Position numbers and translations under genes: made by a program | The notes under the pieces: model-generated | The model's database searches: none | The model's input: the letters and a program-made list of their open reading frames with translations, nothing else | Told to the model about the DNA's origin: nothing | Shown here: positions 45,548-55,127 of the stretch, one piece after another | Numbering within the stretch: position 1 is the stretch's first letter | Layout: each line of letters begins with the position of its first letter | Origin: Dokdonella sp. | GTDB lineage: Bacteria; Pseudomonadota; Gammaproteobacteria; Xanthomonadales; Rhodanobacteraceae | Direction: 5' to 3' | DNA length: 64,000 nt | Assembly (NCBI RefSeq): GCF_036518555.1 | Contig: NZ_DATDMY010000003.1 | Span: 2,626 to 66,625 of the forward strand

Positions 45548-48500
45548 GGTCGTGCATACGCGCTTCGGCCTCGCGGGCCGGCTCGCCGCGGCATTCCAGT
45601 CCAATCCGCTCACGCCGATCCTCGCGATCACGGGGCTCCTGCTCGGCCTGCTCGCGGTCGCGATCACGCCGCGGGAGGAAGAGCCGCAGATCGACGTGAC
45701 GATGGCGAACGTGATCGTGCCGTTCGAGGGCGCGGCGTCGCGCGACGTCGAACAACTGGTGTCGACGCCGCTGGAGCAGAAGCTGTCGGAGATCGAGGGC
45801 GTCAAGCACGTCTACTCGATCAGCCGCCCGGGCGCGGCGGTGGTGACGGTCGAGTTCGAAGTCGGCGTGGATCGCCAGGCGGCGCTCGTGCGCCTGTACA
45901 ACCAGGTGTTCTCGAACCAGGACGGGTTGCCGCGCGATGCCGGCGTCGGCACGCCGCTGGTCAAGCCGAAAGGCATCGACGACGTGCCGATCATGGCGCT
46001 CACGCTGTGGAGCGACGATGCGTCGACGGACGCGGGCCGGCTCGCGGACGTCGCGCATACGCTCGAAGCGGAACTCAAGCGCGTCCCGGGCACGCGCGAC
46101 GTGTACACGATCGGCGCGCCGGACCGCACCGTGCTCGTGACCCTCGACGTCGCGAAGCTCGCCGCGTATCGCCTCGCGCCGGGCGACCTGGTGGCGGCTC
46201 TGCAAGCCGCGAATGTCGTGCACCAGCCCGGCGAACGCGTCGACGCGGCGGGCGCGGTGCCGGTGACGGCCGGCCGTTTCCTCGCCTCGTACGACGACGT
46301 CGCATCGCTCGTGATCGGTAGCGCGGGCGGCAAGCCGCTGCTGCTTTCGGACGTCGCGACCGTGGAAGCGAAGGGCGACCTGCCCACGCGTTACGCGTGG
46401 TACGGCGCGCCGCCCGGGCGAGCCGGTCCGGCGGCGGGCATCGCGCCGGCCGTGACCATCGCCGTGGCGAAGAAGCCCGGCAGCAACGCGTCCGACATCA
46501 CGACCGCGATCGCCGCGCGCATCGGTGAACTCCGCGGCGAGATGATCCCGGACGGCGTCCATGTCGCGGTGACGCGCGACTACGGGCGCACCGCCGCGGA
46601 CAAGGCGCGGAAGCTGATCCAGAAGCTGCTCTTCGCGACCGCGTCGGTGGTCGCGCTGATCCTGTTCTCCCTCGGCTGGCGCGAAGCGATCGTCGTCGGC
46701 AGCGCCGTGGTGCTGACGCTCGCAGTCACGTTGTTCGCCTCGCATGCGATGGGCTTCACGCTCAACCGCGTGTCGCTGTTCGCGCTGATCTTTTCGATCG
46801 GCATCCTCGTCGACGACGCCGTCGTCGTCGTCGAGAACATCCATCGGCATCTCGCCATGCCGGGTGACGACGGGCGACCTCGCCGGCTCCTCGACGTGAT
46901 TCCGCGGGCCGTCGACGAGGTCGGCGGACCGACCATCCTGGCGACGTTCACCGTGATCGCGGCGTTGATGCCGATGGCGTTCGTCTCCGGGCTGATGGGG
47001 CCGTACATGCGGCCGATCCCGGTCAATGCATCCGCGGGCATGCTGCTGTCGCTCGCGATCGCATTGACGGTCACGCCGTGGCTGTCGCTGAAGCTGCTGC
47101 GGCGCCACGGCGATGCCGACACGGAGTGGCCCGACGATGCGCCGCGGCGGGGGAGGCTGCATCGGGTGTTCTCGCGCGTGATGCTGCCGTTCCTCGCCGG
47201 AGAGCATGCCGGTCGCAAGCGCGTCGCGCTGCTCGGCTCGATGGTCGCTCTCGTGGTGCTGGCGGCATCGCTCGTCGCGGTCGAGTGGGTCGTGCTGAAG
47301 ATGCTTCCGTTCGACAACAAGTCGGAAGTGCAGGTCGTCGTCGACATGCCCGAGGGGAGCTCGCTCGAACGAACCGATGCGCTGCTGAAGGAACTCGCCG
47401 CCGAGGTCGACACGATCCCGGAAGTGCTCGACTACCAGGGCTACGCGGGCACCGCGGCGCCGATCAACTTCAACGGACTCGTGCGGCAGTATTACCTGCG
47501 CAGCGGCAGCAACGTCGGGGACCTGCAGGTCGACCTCGTCGACAAGCACCTTCGGTCGCGCCAGAGCCACGCGATCGCGCGCGCAATGCGTCCCGCGCTC
47601 GCCGCGATCGGCGAGCGCTACGGCGCGTCGGTGAAGGTGGTCGAGGTGCCGCCGGGCCCGCCGGTGCTCGCGCCGCTGGTCGCCGAAGTGTACGGGCCGG
47701 ACTACGCCGGCCAGCGGCGCATCGCGCGCGCGCTCGCGTCGGAACGGTTCGCACGCACCGAAGGCCTCGTCGACATCGACACGAGCGTCGAGAGCGACGC
47801 GCCGCGCGAGGTCTACGTGCTCGACCGCGAACGGGCCGCGCGCCTCGGCGTGACGCAAGCGGCCGCGTCGGACGCGCTCGCGCTCGCGGTCGCGGGCAAG
47901 GATGCGACGTTCATCCAGGACGGCCGGTCGAAGTACCCGCGCCCTGTCCGCCTGCGTCTGCCGGCCAGCGAACAATCCGCTTCATCGTCGCTGCTCGCGA
48001 CGCGCGTCCGCGGCGAGGACGGTCGGCTCGTGCCTCTGTCGGAACTCGTGACCGTGCATCGCGACGCGTGGGATGGCGCGATCCACCACAAGGACGGCCT
48101 TGCGGTCGCGTACGTCACCGGCGACGAGGCCGGCAGACTCGACAGCCCGCTGTACGGGATGTTCGCCGTGGTCGGCGATCTGCGCCGTGCGCCGGTCGAC
48201 GGCCAGCTGCTCGAGCAGACCTTCATCACCCAGCCCGACGACGCGAGCCGGTACGCGATCAAATGGGACGGCGAATGGCAGATCACGTACGAAACGTTCC
48301 GCGACATGGGCATCGCCTATGCCGCGGGCATGGTGCTCATCTACCTGCTCGTGGTCGCGCAGTTCCGCAGCTACGTCGTGCCGCTCGTGATCATGGCACC
48401 GATCCCGCTCACGGTCGTGGGCGTCCTGCCGGGGCACGCGTTGCTCGGTGCGCAGTTCACCGCGACGAGCATGATCGGCATGATCGCGCTCGCGGGCATC

Positions 48501-48803
48501 ATCGTGCGCAACTCGATCCTGCTGGTGGATTTCATCGACCACGAAGTCGGCCGCGGAGTGGCGCTGCAGGACGCGGTGATCGACGCCTGCGCGGTGCGCG
48601 CCAAGCCGATCGTGCTCACCGGCGTCGCGGCGATGCTGGGCGCGTTCTTCATCCTCGACGACCCGATATTCAACGGCCTCGCGATCTCGCTCGTGTTCGG
48701 CATTCTCGTCAGCACGATCCTGACGCTGGTCGTGATTCCGGTGCTGTACTACGCGATCAGGCGCCGCAGAGCGCACGGTGGCGCGCTGCAGGCGGGCGCA
48801 TAG
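45540..48803 (+). CDS. RND efflux permease (AcrB/AcrD/AcrF family)
   Basis: PREEEPQI, GILVDDAVVVVENI, GIIVRNSILLVDF, RAKPIVLT; 1087 aa. Confidence 0.9.
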   Translation: MSEVVHTRFGLAGRLAAAFQSNPLTPILAITGLLLGLLAVAITPREEEPQIDVTMANVIVPFEGAASRDVEQLVSTPLEQKLSEIEGVKHVYSISRPGAAVVTVEFEVGVDRQAALVRLYNQVFSNQDGLPRDAGVGTPLVKPKGIDDVPIMALTLWSDDASTDAGRLADVAHTLEAELKRVPGTRDVYTIGAPDRTVLVTLDVAKLAAYRLAPGDLVAALQAANVVHQPGERVDAAGAVPVTAGRFLASYDDVASLVIGSAGGKPLLLSDVATVEAKGDLPTRYAWYGAPPGRAGPAAGIAPAVTIAVAKKPGSNASDITTAIAARIGELRGEMIPDGVHVAVTRDYGRTAADKARKLIQKLLFATASVVALILFSLGWREAIVVGSAVVLTLAVTLFASHAMGFTLNRVSLFALIFSIGILVDDAVVVVENIHRHLAMPGDDGRPRRLLDVIPRAVDEVGGPTILATFTVIAALMPMAFVSGLMGPYMRPIPVNASAGMLLSLAIALTVTPWLSLKLLRRHGDADTEWPDDAPRRGRLHRVFSRVMLPFLAGEHAGRKRVALLGSMVALVVLAASLVAVEWVVLKMLPFDNKSEVQVVVDMPEGSSLERTDALLKELAAEVDTIPEVLDYQGYAGTAAPINFNGLVRQYYLRSGSNVGDLQVDLVDKHLRSRQSHAIARAMRPALAAIGERYGASVKVVEVPPGPPVLAPLVAEVYGPDYAGQRRIARALASERFARTEGLVDIDTSVESDAPREVYVLDRERAARLGVTQAAASDALALAVAGKDATFIQDGRSKYPRPVRLRLPASEQSASSSLLATRVRGEDGRLVPLSELVTVHRDAWDGAIHHKDGLAVAYVTGDEAGRLDSPLYGMFAVVGDLRRAPVDGQLLEQTFITQPDDASRYAIKWDGEWQITYETFRDMGIAYAAGMVLIYLLVVAQFRSYVVPLVIMAPIPLTVVGVLPGHALLGAQFTATSMIGMIALAGIIVRNSILLVDFIDHEVGRGVALQDAVIDACAVRAKPIVLTGVAAMLGAFFILDDPIFNGLAISLVFGILVSTILTLVVIPVLYYAIRRRRAHGGALQAGA

Positions 48804-48829
48804 GCGCACGCGCTTCGAGGAGCAGCGAC

Positions 48830-49975
48830 ATGACCAACCCCAGGACGAACGCGAGGATCACCGTGGTCGGCGCCGGCTTCGCCGGCCTCACCGCGCTGCG
48901 CACCGTGCGGGCGTCGGCGCCCGAGGCCGAGCTCACGCTGGTCGCGCCCGCGGCGGAGCTGCATTACCTGCCCGGGACGATCTGGCTCCCGTCGGGCAAG
49001 CGCACGCGCGAACAACTCGTCGTCCCGCTCGGCAATTTCCTGCGGCGCCAGCGCGTGCGATTCCACGGCGCGCGGGCGATCGGCCTTTCGCCGGACGCAC
49101 GCACGCTGCACACGAGTGCGGGCGACGTCGCGAACGACGGCCTCGTCATCGCGACCGGTGCGCGTTTCGGCCGCGGCGTAGCCGGTCTCGAGCATGTGAT
49201 CGTACCGTGCGAGGGGATCGCGGCCGCCGAGGCGATCCGTGAGCGGCTCGCGGCGATCGCGCAGGGAACGATCTGCTTCGGCTTCGGATCCAATCCCGCC
49301 GAACCGGTCGCGATGCGCGGGGGGCCGATCTTCGAGTTCGCGCTCGGCATCGACGCGCTCCTGCGCAGGCAACGCCGTCGCGATCGCTTCCGCCTCGTGT
49401 TCTTCAGCGCGTCGGAGCGGCCGGGGCAGCGCCTCGGGCAACATGCCGTGGACCGTCTCTTGCGCGAGATGCGCGCGCGCGGCATCGAGGCCATCCTCGG
49501 CGAGAAGCCGTTGCGCTTCGAGGCGGACGCGGTGCAGCTCGAACGCACGCGCATCGCCAGCGACATGACCCTCTTCATGCCGGGCCTGACCGGGGCGGCG
49601 TGGCTCGACGGGGCGTCGCTGCCGCGCTCCCCCGGCGGCTTCGTCGAGGGCGACGCCGGCTGCCGCGTCGCTGGCGTGTCGCGCACCTACGTCGCCGGCG
49701 ACGGCGGCAGCTATCCGGGACCGGAGTGGTTGCCGAAACAGGCGCACCAGGCCGACCTGCAGGCGACTGTCGCCGCGCGCAACCTCGTGCGCGAGCTCCG
49801 CGGCGATGCGCCCGACGAAACGTTCCGCAGCGAACTCGTCTGCATCATCGACGCGCTCGATCGCGGACTGCTCGTCACGCGCGGCGAGCGCGGCGGATTC
49901 TCGCTGCCGCCGCTGCGTGCGATGCACTGGGCCAAGGCCGCGTTCGAGCGCGCCTACCTGCGGCGGTACCGCTGA
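48830..49975 (+). CDS. Second SQR-family flavoprotein, probably type VI (SqrF-like)
   Basis: GAGFAG, YLPGTIW, PCEGI, AMRGGPIFEF (no Cys at the SCFGP position), KQAHQADLQA, LVCIID, KAAFERAYL. Confidence 0.75.
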   Translation: MTNPRTNARITVVGAGFAGLTALRTVRASAPEAELTLVAPAAELHYLPGTIWLPSGKRTREQLVVPLGNFLRRQRVRFHGARAIGLSPDARTLHTSAGDVANDGLVIATGARFGRGVAGLEHVIVPCEGIAAAEAIRERLAAIAQGTICFGFGSNPAEPVAMRGGPIFEFALGIDALLRRQRRRDRFRLVFFSASERPGQRLGQHAVDRLLREMRARGIEAILGEKPLRFEADAVQLERTRIASDMTLFMPGLTGAAWLDGASLPRSPGGFVEGDAGCRVAGVSRTYVAGDGGSYPGPEWLPKQAHQADLQATVAARNLVRELRGDAPDETFRSELVCIIDALDRGLLVTRGERGGFSLPPLRAMHWAKAAFERAYLRRYR

Positions 49976-49996
49976 TCGCGACGCTTCGTCGGCCCG

Positions 49997-50464
49997 CTAG
50001 GCGAGGACCGAGCGCGGTACGCTCGGCTCGAGCAGGTGCACGACGCGTTCGTGGATGCCGGTCGCCGTCAGTGCGGTGAGGTCGCGATGGATCTCCGCCA
50101 CGATGCTGTCGCTCAGCGGCTTGCCGCATTGACCGTGCAGGAGCCCGACGAACCTGGCCGGCGCGCACACGACGAGCCGTTCGAAACGCTGCTGGGTGCG
50201 GCCGTGCTCGAGCGCGGCGGCCAGCGTCTTCGCGAAGCGCGTGGCCTGCTTGGTCCGTAGCGTCGTGTGCGGCTCGATCGAATGGCGGGCGAAGCCCATG
50301 CTTTCGTTCACGGTCGGCGCATGGTCGGTGGTGAAGGCCTGCCCGCTCTCGCGCGCGTCGGGATTGGCGAAGCTCTCGATCTGCCGCAACGGCTCGTCGC
50401 GGCGAGTGCTCTCGAACACGCGCGCGCGTGCGCTGTCGGCTACGAGGATCCAGGTGACCGCCAT
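49997..50464 (-). CDS. Host-attachment-family (release-factor-like) protein
   Basis: TWILVADSARARVF, FAKTLA..LE, RLVVCAPARFVG.L, DLT. Confidence 0.8.
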   Translation of the reverse strand: MAVTWILVADSARARVFESTRRDEPLRQIESFANPDARESGQAFTTDHAPTVNESMGFARHSIEPHTTLRTKQATRFAKTLAAALEHGRTQQRFERLVVCAPARFVGLLHGQCGKPLSDSIVAEIHRDLTALTATGIHERVVHLLEPSVPRSVLA

Positions 50465-50521
50465 GGCATGCTCCTTCGGGGATCGGTGAAGCCATGGTCC
50501 CGCGCGCCCCGGGCGGCGGCA

Positions 50522-50572
50522 TTGACGTGGATCAAATGCGTTGGGGGCGAACGGAGCATTGACCTGCATCAA
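50522..50572. promoter_or_regulatory. Two FNR-type boxes in a divergent intergenic region
   Basis: TTGACgtggATCAA (50522-50535) and TTGACctgcATCAA (50559-50572). Confidence 0.8.
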
Positions 50573-50629
50573 CTCGCCGGCCCGCGTGCGCGCCTATGTT
50601 CGCCTTGCGTGACCAACCCGGAGGCAAGC

Positions 50630-51283
50630 ATGAAAACCGATCGGCAATTGCAGCAGGACGTGATCGAGGAATTGCGCTGGGACGCGTCGATACAGTCGGC
50701 GCACATCGGCGTCGAGGTTCGCGACGGCGTAGTCACGCTGTCCGGCCAGGTCGACAGCTACGCGGAGAAGTTCGCCGCGGCCGACGCGGCGAAGCGGGTC
50801 GCCGGCGTCAAGGGCGTCGCGATGGACCTCGAAGTAAGGCTGCCGGGCAGCAGCAAGCGCACGGACTCGGACATCGCGAAAGCCGCCGTCACCGCGCTCG
50901 AGTGGAACGTGTCGGTACCGATGGGCGCGGTGCAAGTGAAGGTGGACGACGGCTTCGTGACGTTGACCGGCGAAGTCGACTGGGAATACCAGCGCGATGC
51001 AGCGGCGTCGTCGGTGCGCCCGCTGCTCGGCGTCAAGGGCGTGAACAACGCGTTGACATTGCGTCCGCACGCCGCGGTCAAGGACGTCAAGGGCAAGATC
51101 GAGGCGGCGCTGCAGCGACTCGCGCACGAGGACACGAAGGACGTGACGGTCGCCGTCAAGGACGGCACCGTCACGCTGAGCGGAACGGCCCATTCCTACC
51201 TCGAACGCGACACGATCGAGGCGGCGGCATGGAACGCGCCGGGCGTGCACCAAGTGGTCGACCGCATCATCGTCGCGCCGTGA
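50630..51283 (+). CDS. Triple BON-domain protein (OsmY-like)
   Basis: Three GVVTLSG/GFVTLTG/GTVTLSG repeats; no signal peptide. Confidence 0.9.
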   Translation: MKTDRQLQQDVIEELRWDASIQSAHIGVEVRDGVVTLSGQVDSYAEKFAAADAAKRVAGVKGVAMDLEVRLPGSSKRTDSDIAKAAVTALEWNVSVPMGAVQVKVDDGFVTLTGEVDWEYQRDAAASSVRPLLGVKGVNNALTLRPHAAVKDVKGKIEAALQRLAHEDTKDVTVAVKDGTVTLSGTAHSYLERDTIEAAAWNAPGVHQVVDRIIVAP

Positions 51284-51347
51284 GGAACGCGCCGCCGCGC
51301 GTGCGCAGGAGCGAGCCCGCCGGCACGCCCGGCGGGCCCGGGAACGC

Positions 51348-52316
51348 GTGATGGCCGGCAGCTGGGCTGCGGCCGCGTTCGCCGCCGTTGTCGCCGTGCG
51401 GGTCGCGACGGGCGTCGACGACGCGACGTCGCACCCGAATGCCTCGTGGCACCCGCAGGCGGCGCCGGACGGCCCGGTCGTGATCGTCGTGAGCCTCGTC
51501 GAACAACGCGCCTACGTCTACCGCAACGGCATCGCGATCGGCACCAGCGCGATCAGCTCGGGCAAGCGCGGGCATTCGACGCCGGCCGGCGTGTTCACGA
51601 TCCTGCAGAAGGAGCGCGAACACCGTTCCAATCTCTACGACGACGCGCCGATGCCGTTCATGGAACGGCTGACGTGGGACGGGATCGCGATCCACGCGGG
51701 TTCCCTGCCGGGATATCCCGCGTCGCACGGATGCATCCGTCTGCCGCATGCGTTCGCCGAGCGCCTGTTCGAGGTGACGCATGGCGGCGACACCGTCGTC
51801 GTGTCCGACCAGGATGCGGTCGATCCGCGGATCGTCCATCCGTCCGTGCTCGCACCCGTGACACCGGGCGGGGTCGCGAGCGGGACGACGACGCTCGAAG
51901 GCGCCTCGTCGTCCTGGTGGGACGACGAAGCTACCGCGGACGGACCCGTGAGCATCCTCGTGAGCCTCGCCGATCGCCGCGCCTACGTGATGCGCAATGG
52001 AGTGCGCATCGGTGCAGGCGCGATCGACGTCGCCGAAGGGTTCGATGGTCGCGGTGCCGTCGTCTACGTCGCGCAGGAGGAGGAAGGGAGGGGCGCCGGT
52101 CGCCCGCGACGATGGCTCGCTTATCCGCTCGGCGGCGAGCTCGGACGCCTGTCGATGGATGAACTCGCGCGCAACCTGCACGTGTCCGACGACTTCGCGG
52201 CCCGCGTGCGCGCCGTGGTCGCCGCGGGCACGAGCGTGCTCGTGACCGATCAACCCGCGCAGGGCGGCGAAGCCCGAGAATCGATCCTGCGCTCGGATCC
52301 GGGGCGCGGGCCGTGA
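51348..52316 (+). CDS. L,D-transpeptidase (YkuD family)
   Basis: SSGKRGHSTPAG, HAGSLPGYPASHGCIRL catalytic motif. Confidence 0.9.
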   Translation: MMAGSWAAAAFAAVVAVRVATGVDDATSHPNASWHPQAAPDGPVVIVVSLVEQRAYVYRNGIAIGTSAISSGKRGHSTPAGVFTILQKEREHRSNLYDDAPMPFMERLTWDGIAIHAGSLPGYPASHGCIRLPHAFAERLFEVTHGGDTVVVSDQDAVDPRIVHPSVLAPVTPGGVASGTTTLEGASSSWWDDEATADGPVSILVSLADRRAYVMRNGVRIGAGAIDVAEGFDGRGAVVYVAQEEEGRGAGRPRRWLAYPLGGELGRLSMDELARNLHVSDDFAARVRAVVAAGTSVLVTDQPAQGGEARESILRSDPGRGP

Positions 52317-52368
52317 ACCCGGATCGCCGCGTGCAGGGCGCGGTGCGCTGCGGACGGCGGCGGCGCGC

Positions 52369-53193
52369 ATGAAGTTGGCCCGCCTGCACGTGAGTGGACG
52401 CGTCGTCGCGATGTTGTACCTGTGCGTCGCCGTGATCGCGCCGTCGCTGGTCGGCGTCGCCGTCATGCGCGATGCAGCGGTGCGCGACGAGGCGGAAGGC
52501 GATACCTCGCGCATGCTCTTCGCGCAGGCGGTCGCGAGCGGCATGGCCCGCTCGGCCGCCTCGACCGAGGCCGTTCTCGCGATGCTCGCGGTGGACGACG
52601 CGACGATCGAAGCGCTCGGCGGCGGCGACTACGCCGGCCTGCACGCGCGCTTCGAGGGCGCAATGGAGGCGGCCGGCATCCAGCGGCTCGCGTTGCACGA
52701 CGTCGCGGGCCACGAGGTCCTCGGCATCGCGAAGGACGGCGCGGCGTCGAAGCCGGGCGGCGGGGCGACCGTGCGCTTCCACCGCGCCGTGATGCGCGGA
52801 GGCGTCGCGATCGGCGAGCTCGAGGCGTCGATGCCGATCTCCGCGCTCGCCGACGCGACGTCCTACCCGGGAGCGGGACGCGTGGTGCTGAGCTCGCTCT
52901 CGGGCCGTCTGCTCGCCGACGCGGAAGCGGGCGAGGGCGGCGAGATCGTCGACGTTCCGCAAGGCGTGGCGGGCGCCGCGCGTGTCCCCGTCGAGGCTGG
53001 CGTGAGCGGGTCGAACGCGGGCCACCCGATCGCGTTCGCAGTGCCCGCCGGCCTGCCGATCATCGTCACGGTGACCGCGTACGAGGCGGCGGCCACGGCC
53101 TGGCCTTGGTGGGACCTCGTCGTGCTCGACGTACTCCTGCTCGCAGTCGGTTGGCTCGTGGTCGCGCATGCGGCGCGCGACGACGTCCGCTGA
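52369..53193 (+). CDS. Two-TM membrane protein with a Cache-like extracytoplasmic region and no output domain
   Basis: N-terminal TM, about 200-aa region with ALHDVAG and LSSLSGRLL motifs, C-terminal TM, only about 8 residues after it. Confidence 0.45.
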   Translation: MKLARLHVSGRVVAMLYLCVAVIAPSLVGVAVMRDAAVRDEAEGDTSRMLFAQAVASGMARSAASTEAVLAMLAVDDATIEALGGGDYAGLHARFEGAMEAAGIQRLALHDVAGHEVLGIAKDGAASKPGGGATVRFHRAVMRGGVAIGELEASMPISALADATSYPGAGRVVLSSLSGRLLADAEAGEGGEIVDVPQGVAGAARVPVEAGVSGSNAGHPIAFAVPAGLPIIVTVTAYEAAATAWPWWDLVVLDVLLLAVGWLVVAHAARDDVR

Positions 53194-53202
53194 CGAGCCG
53201 GA

Positions 53203-54027
53203 TCAGTGCCGCAGGAACACCGGGATGCGCGCTTCGGCGAGCACGTGCCGCGTCGCGCCACCGAAGATCCACTCGCTGAAGCGCGTGCGGCCGTACGCAC
53301 CCATCACGAGCAGGTCGGCGCGACACTCCGCGGCGGCTTCGAGCAGCGAGGCGCCGGCCTGTTCGTCGCTCGCGTCGAGTTCGCGATCCTCGACGGTGAG
53401 CCCGTGCCCGCGCAGGTAGGTGCCGAGATCGAACTCGGGCTTCCAGCCGGTCGTGAGGGGTTGCTCGCGACGCTTGCCCGAGAGGACGACGATGCGTCCG
53501 GCCGCGGCGAGGATCGGAAGCGCCGCATGGACCGCACGGATCGCCTCCGGCGAATGGTTCCAGCCGATCGCCACGCACTGCGCGCGTGCGGTCGAGCATG
53601 CAGGCGGAGTCACGATGCAGGGCAGGTGGCTGCGCAGCACGAGGCCGCCCAGCGCTTGCGGTGCGCCCCAGTTGCTCCGGGCGTCGCGACCGAGCACGAC
53701 GACGTCGTGCCAGTTGCCCATCTGCGCGAGCACCTCGGGGACTTCGCCTTCGGCGACCTGCCAAAGCGCGGAATGCGTGCCGAGTTCGCGCGCGCGCGTC
53801 TCGAACGCGCTGCGCCGGGCGCAGGCTTCATCCTTGATCTGGCGCAGGTCTTCGACGATCCGCGACAGCAGCAGCGGCGCATCGTAGGGCGACACCATCA
53901 TGTACGGCGAGGCGACCACGTGCACGCCCGTGAGGTGTCCGGAGAAAGCGGCCGCCATGCTCGCGGCGTACTCCATGCTCGGGGTCCAGGACGAGTAGTT
54001 GTCGGCGTAGGCCAGGATGTCTTTCAC
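53203..54027 (-). CDS. Tandem universal stress protein
   Basis: MKDIL...; WNHSPEAIRAV; DLLVMGAYGRTRFSEWIFGGATRHVL. Confidence 0.9.
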   Translation of the reverse strand: MKDILAYADNYSSWTPSMEYAASMAAAFSGHLTGVHVVASPYMMVSPYDAPLLLSRIVEDLRQIKDEACARRSAFETRARELGTHSALWQVAEGEVPEVLAQMGNWHDVVVLGRDARSNWGAPQALGGLVLRSHLPCIVTPPACSTARAQCVAIGWNHSPEAIRAVHAALPILAAAGRIVVLSGKRREQPLTTGWKPEFDLGTYLRGHGLTVEDRELDASDEQAGASLLEAAAECRADLLVMGAYGRTRFSEWIFGGATRHVLAEARIPVFLRH

Positions 54028-54082
54028 GACGATGCTCCGCGGATGTCGGGGTGCACACTACCGCCGGGAATGCTTGCGGGTG

Positions 54083-54096
54083 CTGATCTGGATCAA
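54083..54096. promoter_or_regulatory. FNR-type box upstream of tandem USP
   Basis: CTGATctggATCAA (one mismatch). Confidence 0.6.
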
Positions 54097-54113
54097 GCGC
54101 GAGCCGGCGCCGG

Positions 54114-55124
54114 TCATCCGGGCACGATCACCGCTGCTCCGTGCAATCCGCCGTCCCTGAGTGCCTGCAGTGCGCGGTTGGCGTCCTGCAGCGCGAACGT
54201 TCGCACGCACGTCTCGATGCGATCGCCGCCGGCGTCGAAGTACGTGCGCGCATCCTCGCGCGTGAGGTTCGCGACCGACACGACGTCGCGTTCGCCCCAA
54301 AGCCGCTCGTAGGCGAACGACGGGATGTCGCTCATGTGGATGCCCGCGCAGACGACGCGACCGCCCTTGCGTACGCGACCGAGCGCGACGGGTACGAGAG
54401 CACCGTCGGGTGCGAACAGGATCGCCGCGTCGAGCGGGCGCGGCGGCGCCTGGTCGGATCCGCCGGCCCAGCACGCGCCGAGCGAGCGCGCGAACGCCTG
54501 CGTGGGCACGTCGTTCGGGCGCGTGAACGCATGCACCGCCACGCCGCGTGCCACTGCCATCGGGCAAAGGATGTGCGCTGCGGCACCGAAGCCGTACAGG
54601 CCGAGCTGCCGGCATGGTCCTGCCGCGCGCAACGCGCGCCAGCCAATGAGCCCGGCGCACAGCAACGGCGCCAGCGACGCGGGCTCGGCGCGCAAGCCTT
54701 CCAGCCGGATGCACCAGGCGGCATGCGCGAGCATGTGGGTCGCGAATCCGCCGTCCATCGTGCAGCCCACGAACTCCGGCGCATCGCAGAGATTCTCCCG
54801 TCCGGCGCGGCAGAAATCGCAGTGGCCGCACGATCGACCGAGCCACGGAACGCCGACGCGTTCGCCGACGGCCGGCGCCTGCACGTTCGCGCCGAGCGCG
54901 TCGACGACGCCGACCACTTCGTGCCCGGGGACGATCGGGTAGTGCGCCTGCGGCAGGTCGCCGTCGGCGACGTGGAGGTCGGTGCGACAGACGCCGCACG
55001 CCTCGACGCGGACGCGCACCTGGCCCTCGGCGGGGCACGGCAGCGGCCGCAGCGCCGCCACCAGTGGCGTACGCGGCGCGGCGAACTGCATCACGCGGCA
55101 CGCGTCGTCCATCGCCGCGCCCAT
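54114..55124 (-). CDS. Zinc-binding alcohol dehydrogenase family protein
   Basis: CGVCRTDLH, GHEVVG, structural Zn CGHCDFC...ENLC, LLCAGLIG, GLYGFGAAA. Confidence 0.9.
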   Translation of the reverse strand: MGAAMDDACRVMQFAAPRTPLVAALRPLPCPAEGQVRVRVEACGVCRTDLHVADGDLPQAHYPIVPGHEVVGVVDALGANVQAPAVGERVGVPWLGRSCGHCDFCRAGRENLCDAPEFVGCTMDGGFATHMLAHAAWCIRLEGLRAEPASLAPLLCAGLIGWRALRAAGPCRQLGLYGFGAAAHILCPMAVARGVAVHAFTRPNDVPTQAFARSLGACWAGGSDQAPPRPLDAAILFAPDGALVPVALGRVRKGGRVVCAGIHMSDIPSFAYERLWGERDVVSVANLTREDARTYFDAGGDRIETCVRTFALQDANRALQALRDGGLHGAAVIVPG

Positions 55125-55127
55125 CGT

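Noticed and set aside
49997-50464. Literal host-attachment or virulence factor
   Set aside because: The family name is historical; the protein has no signal peptide and its context is an FNR stress island.
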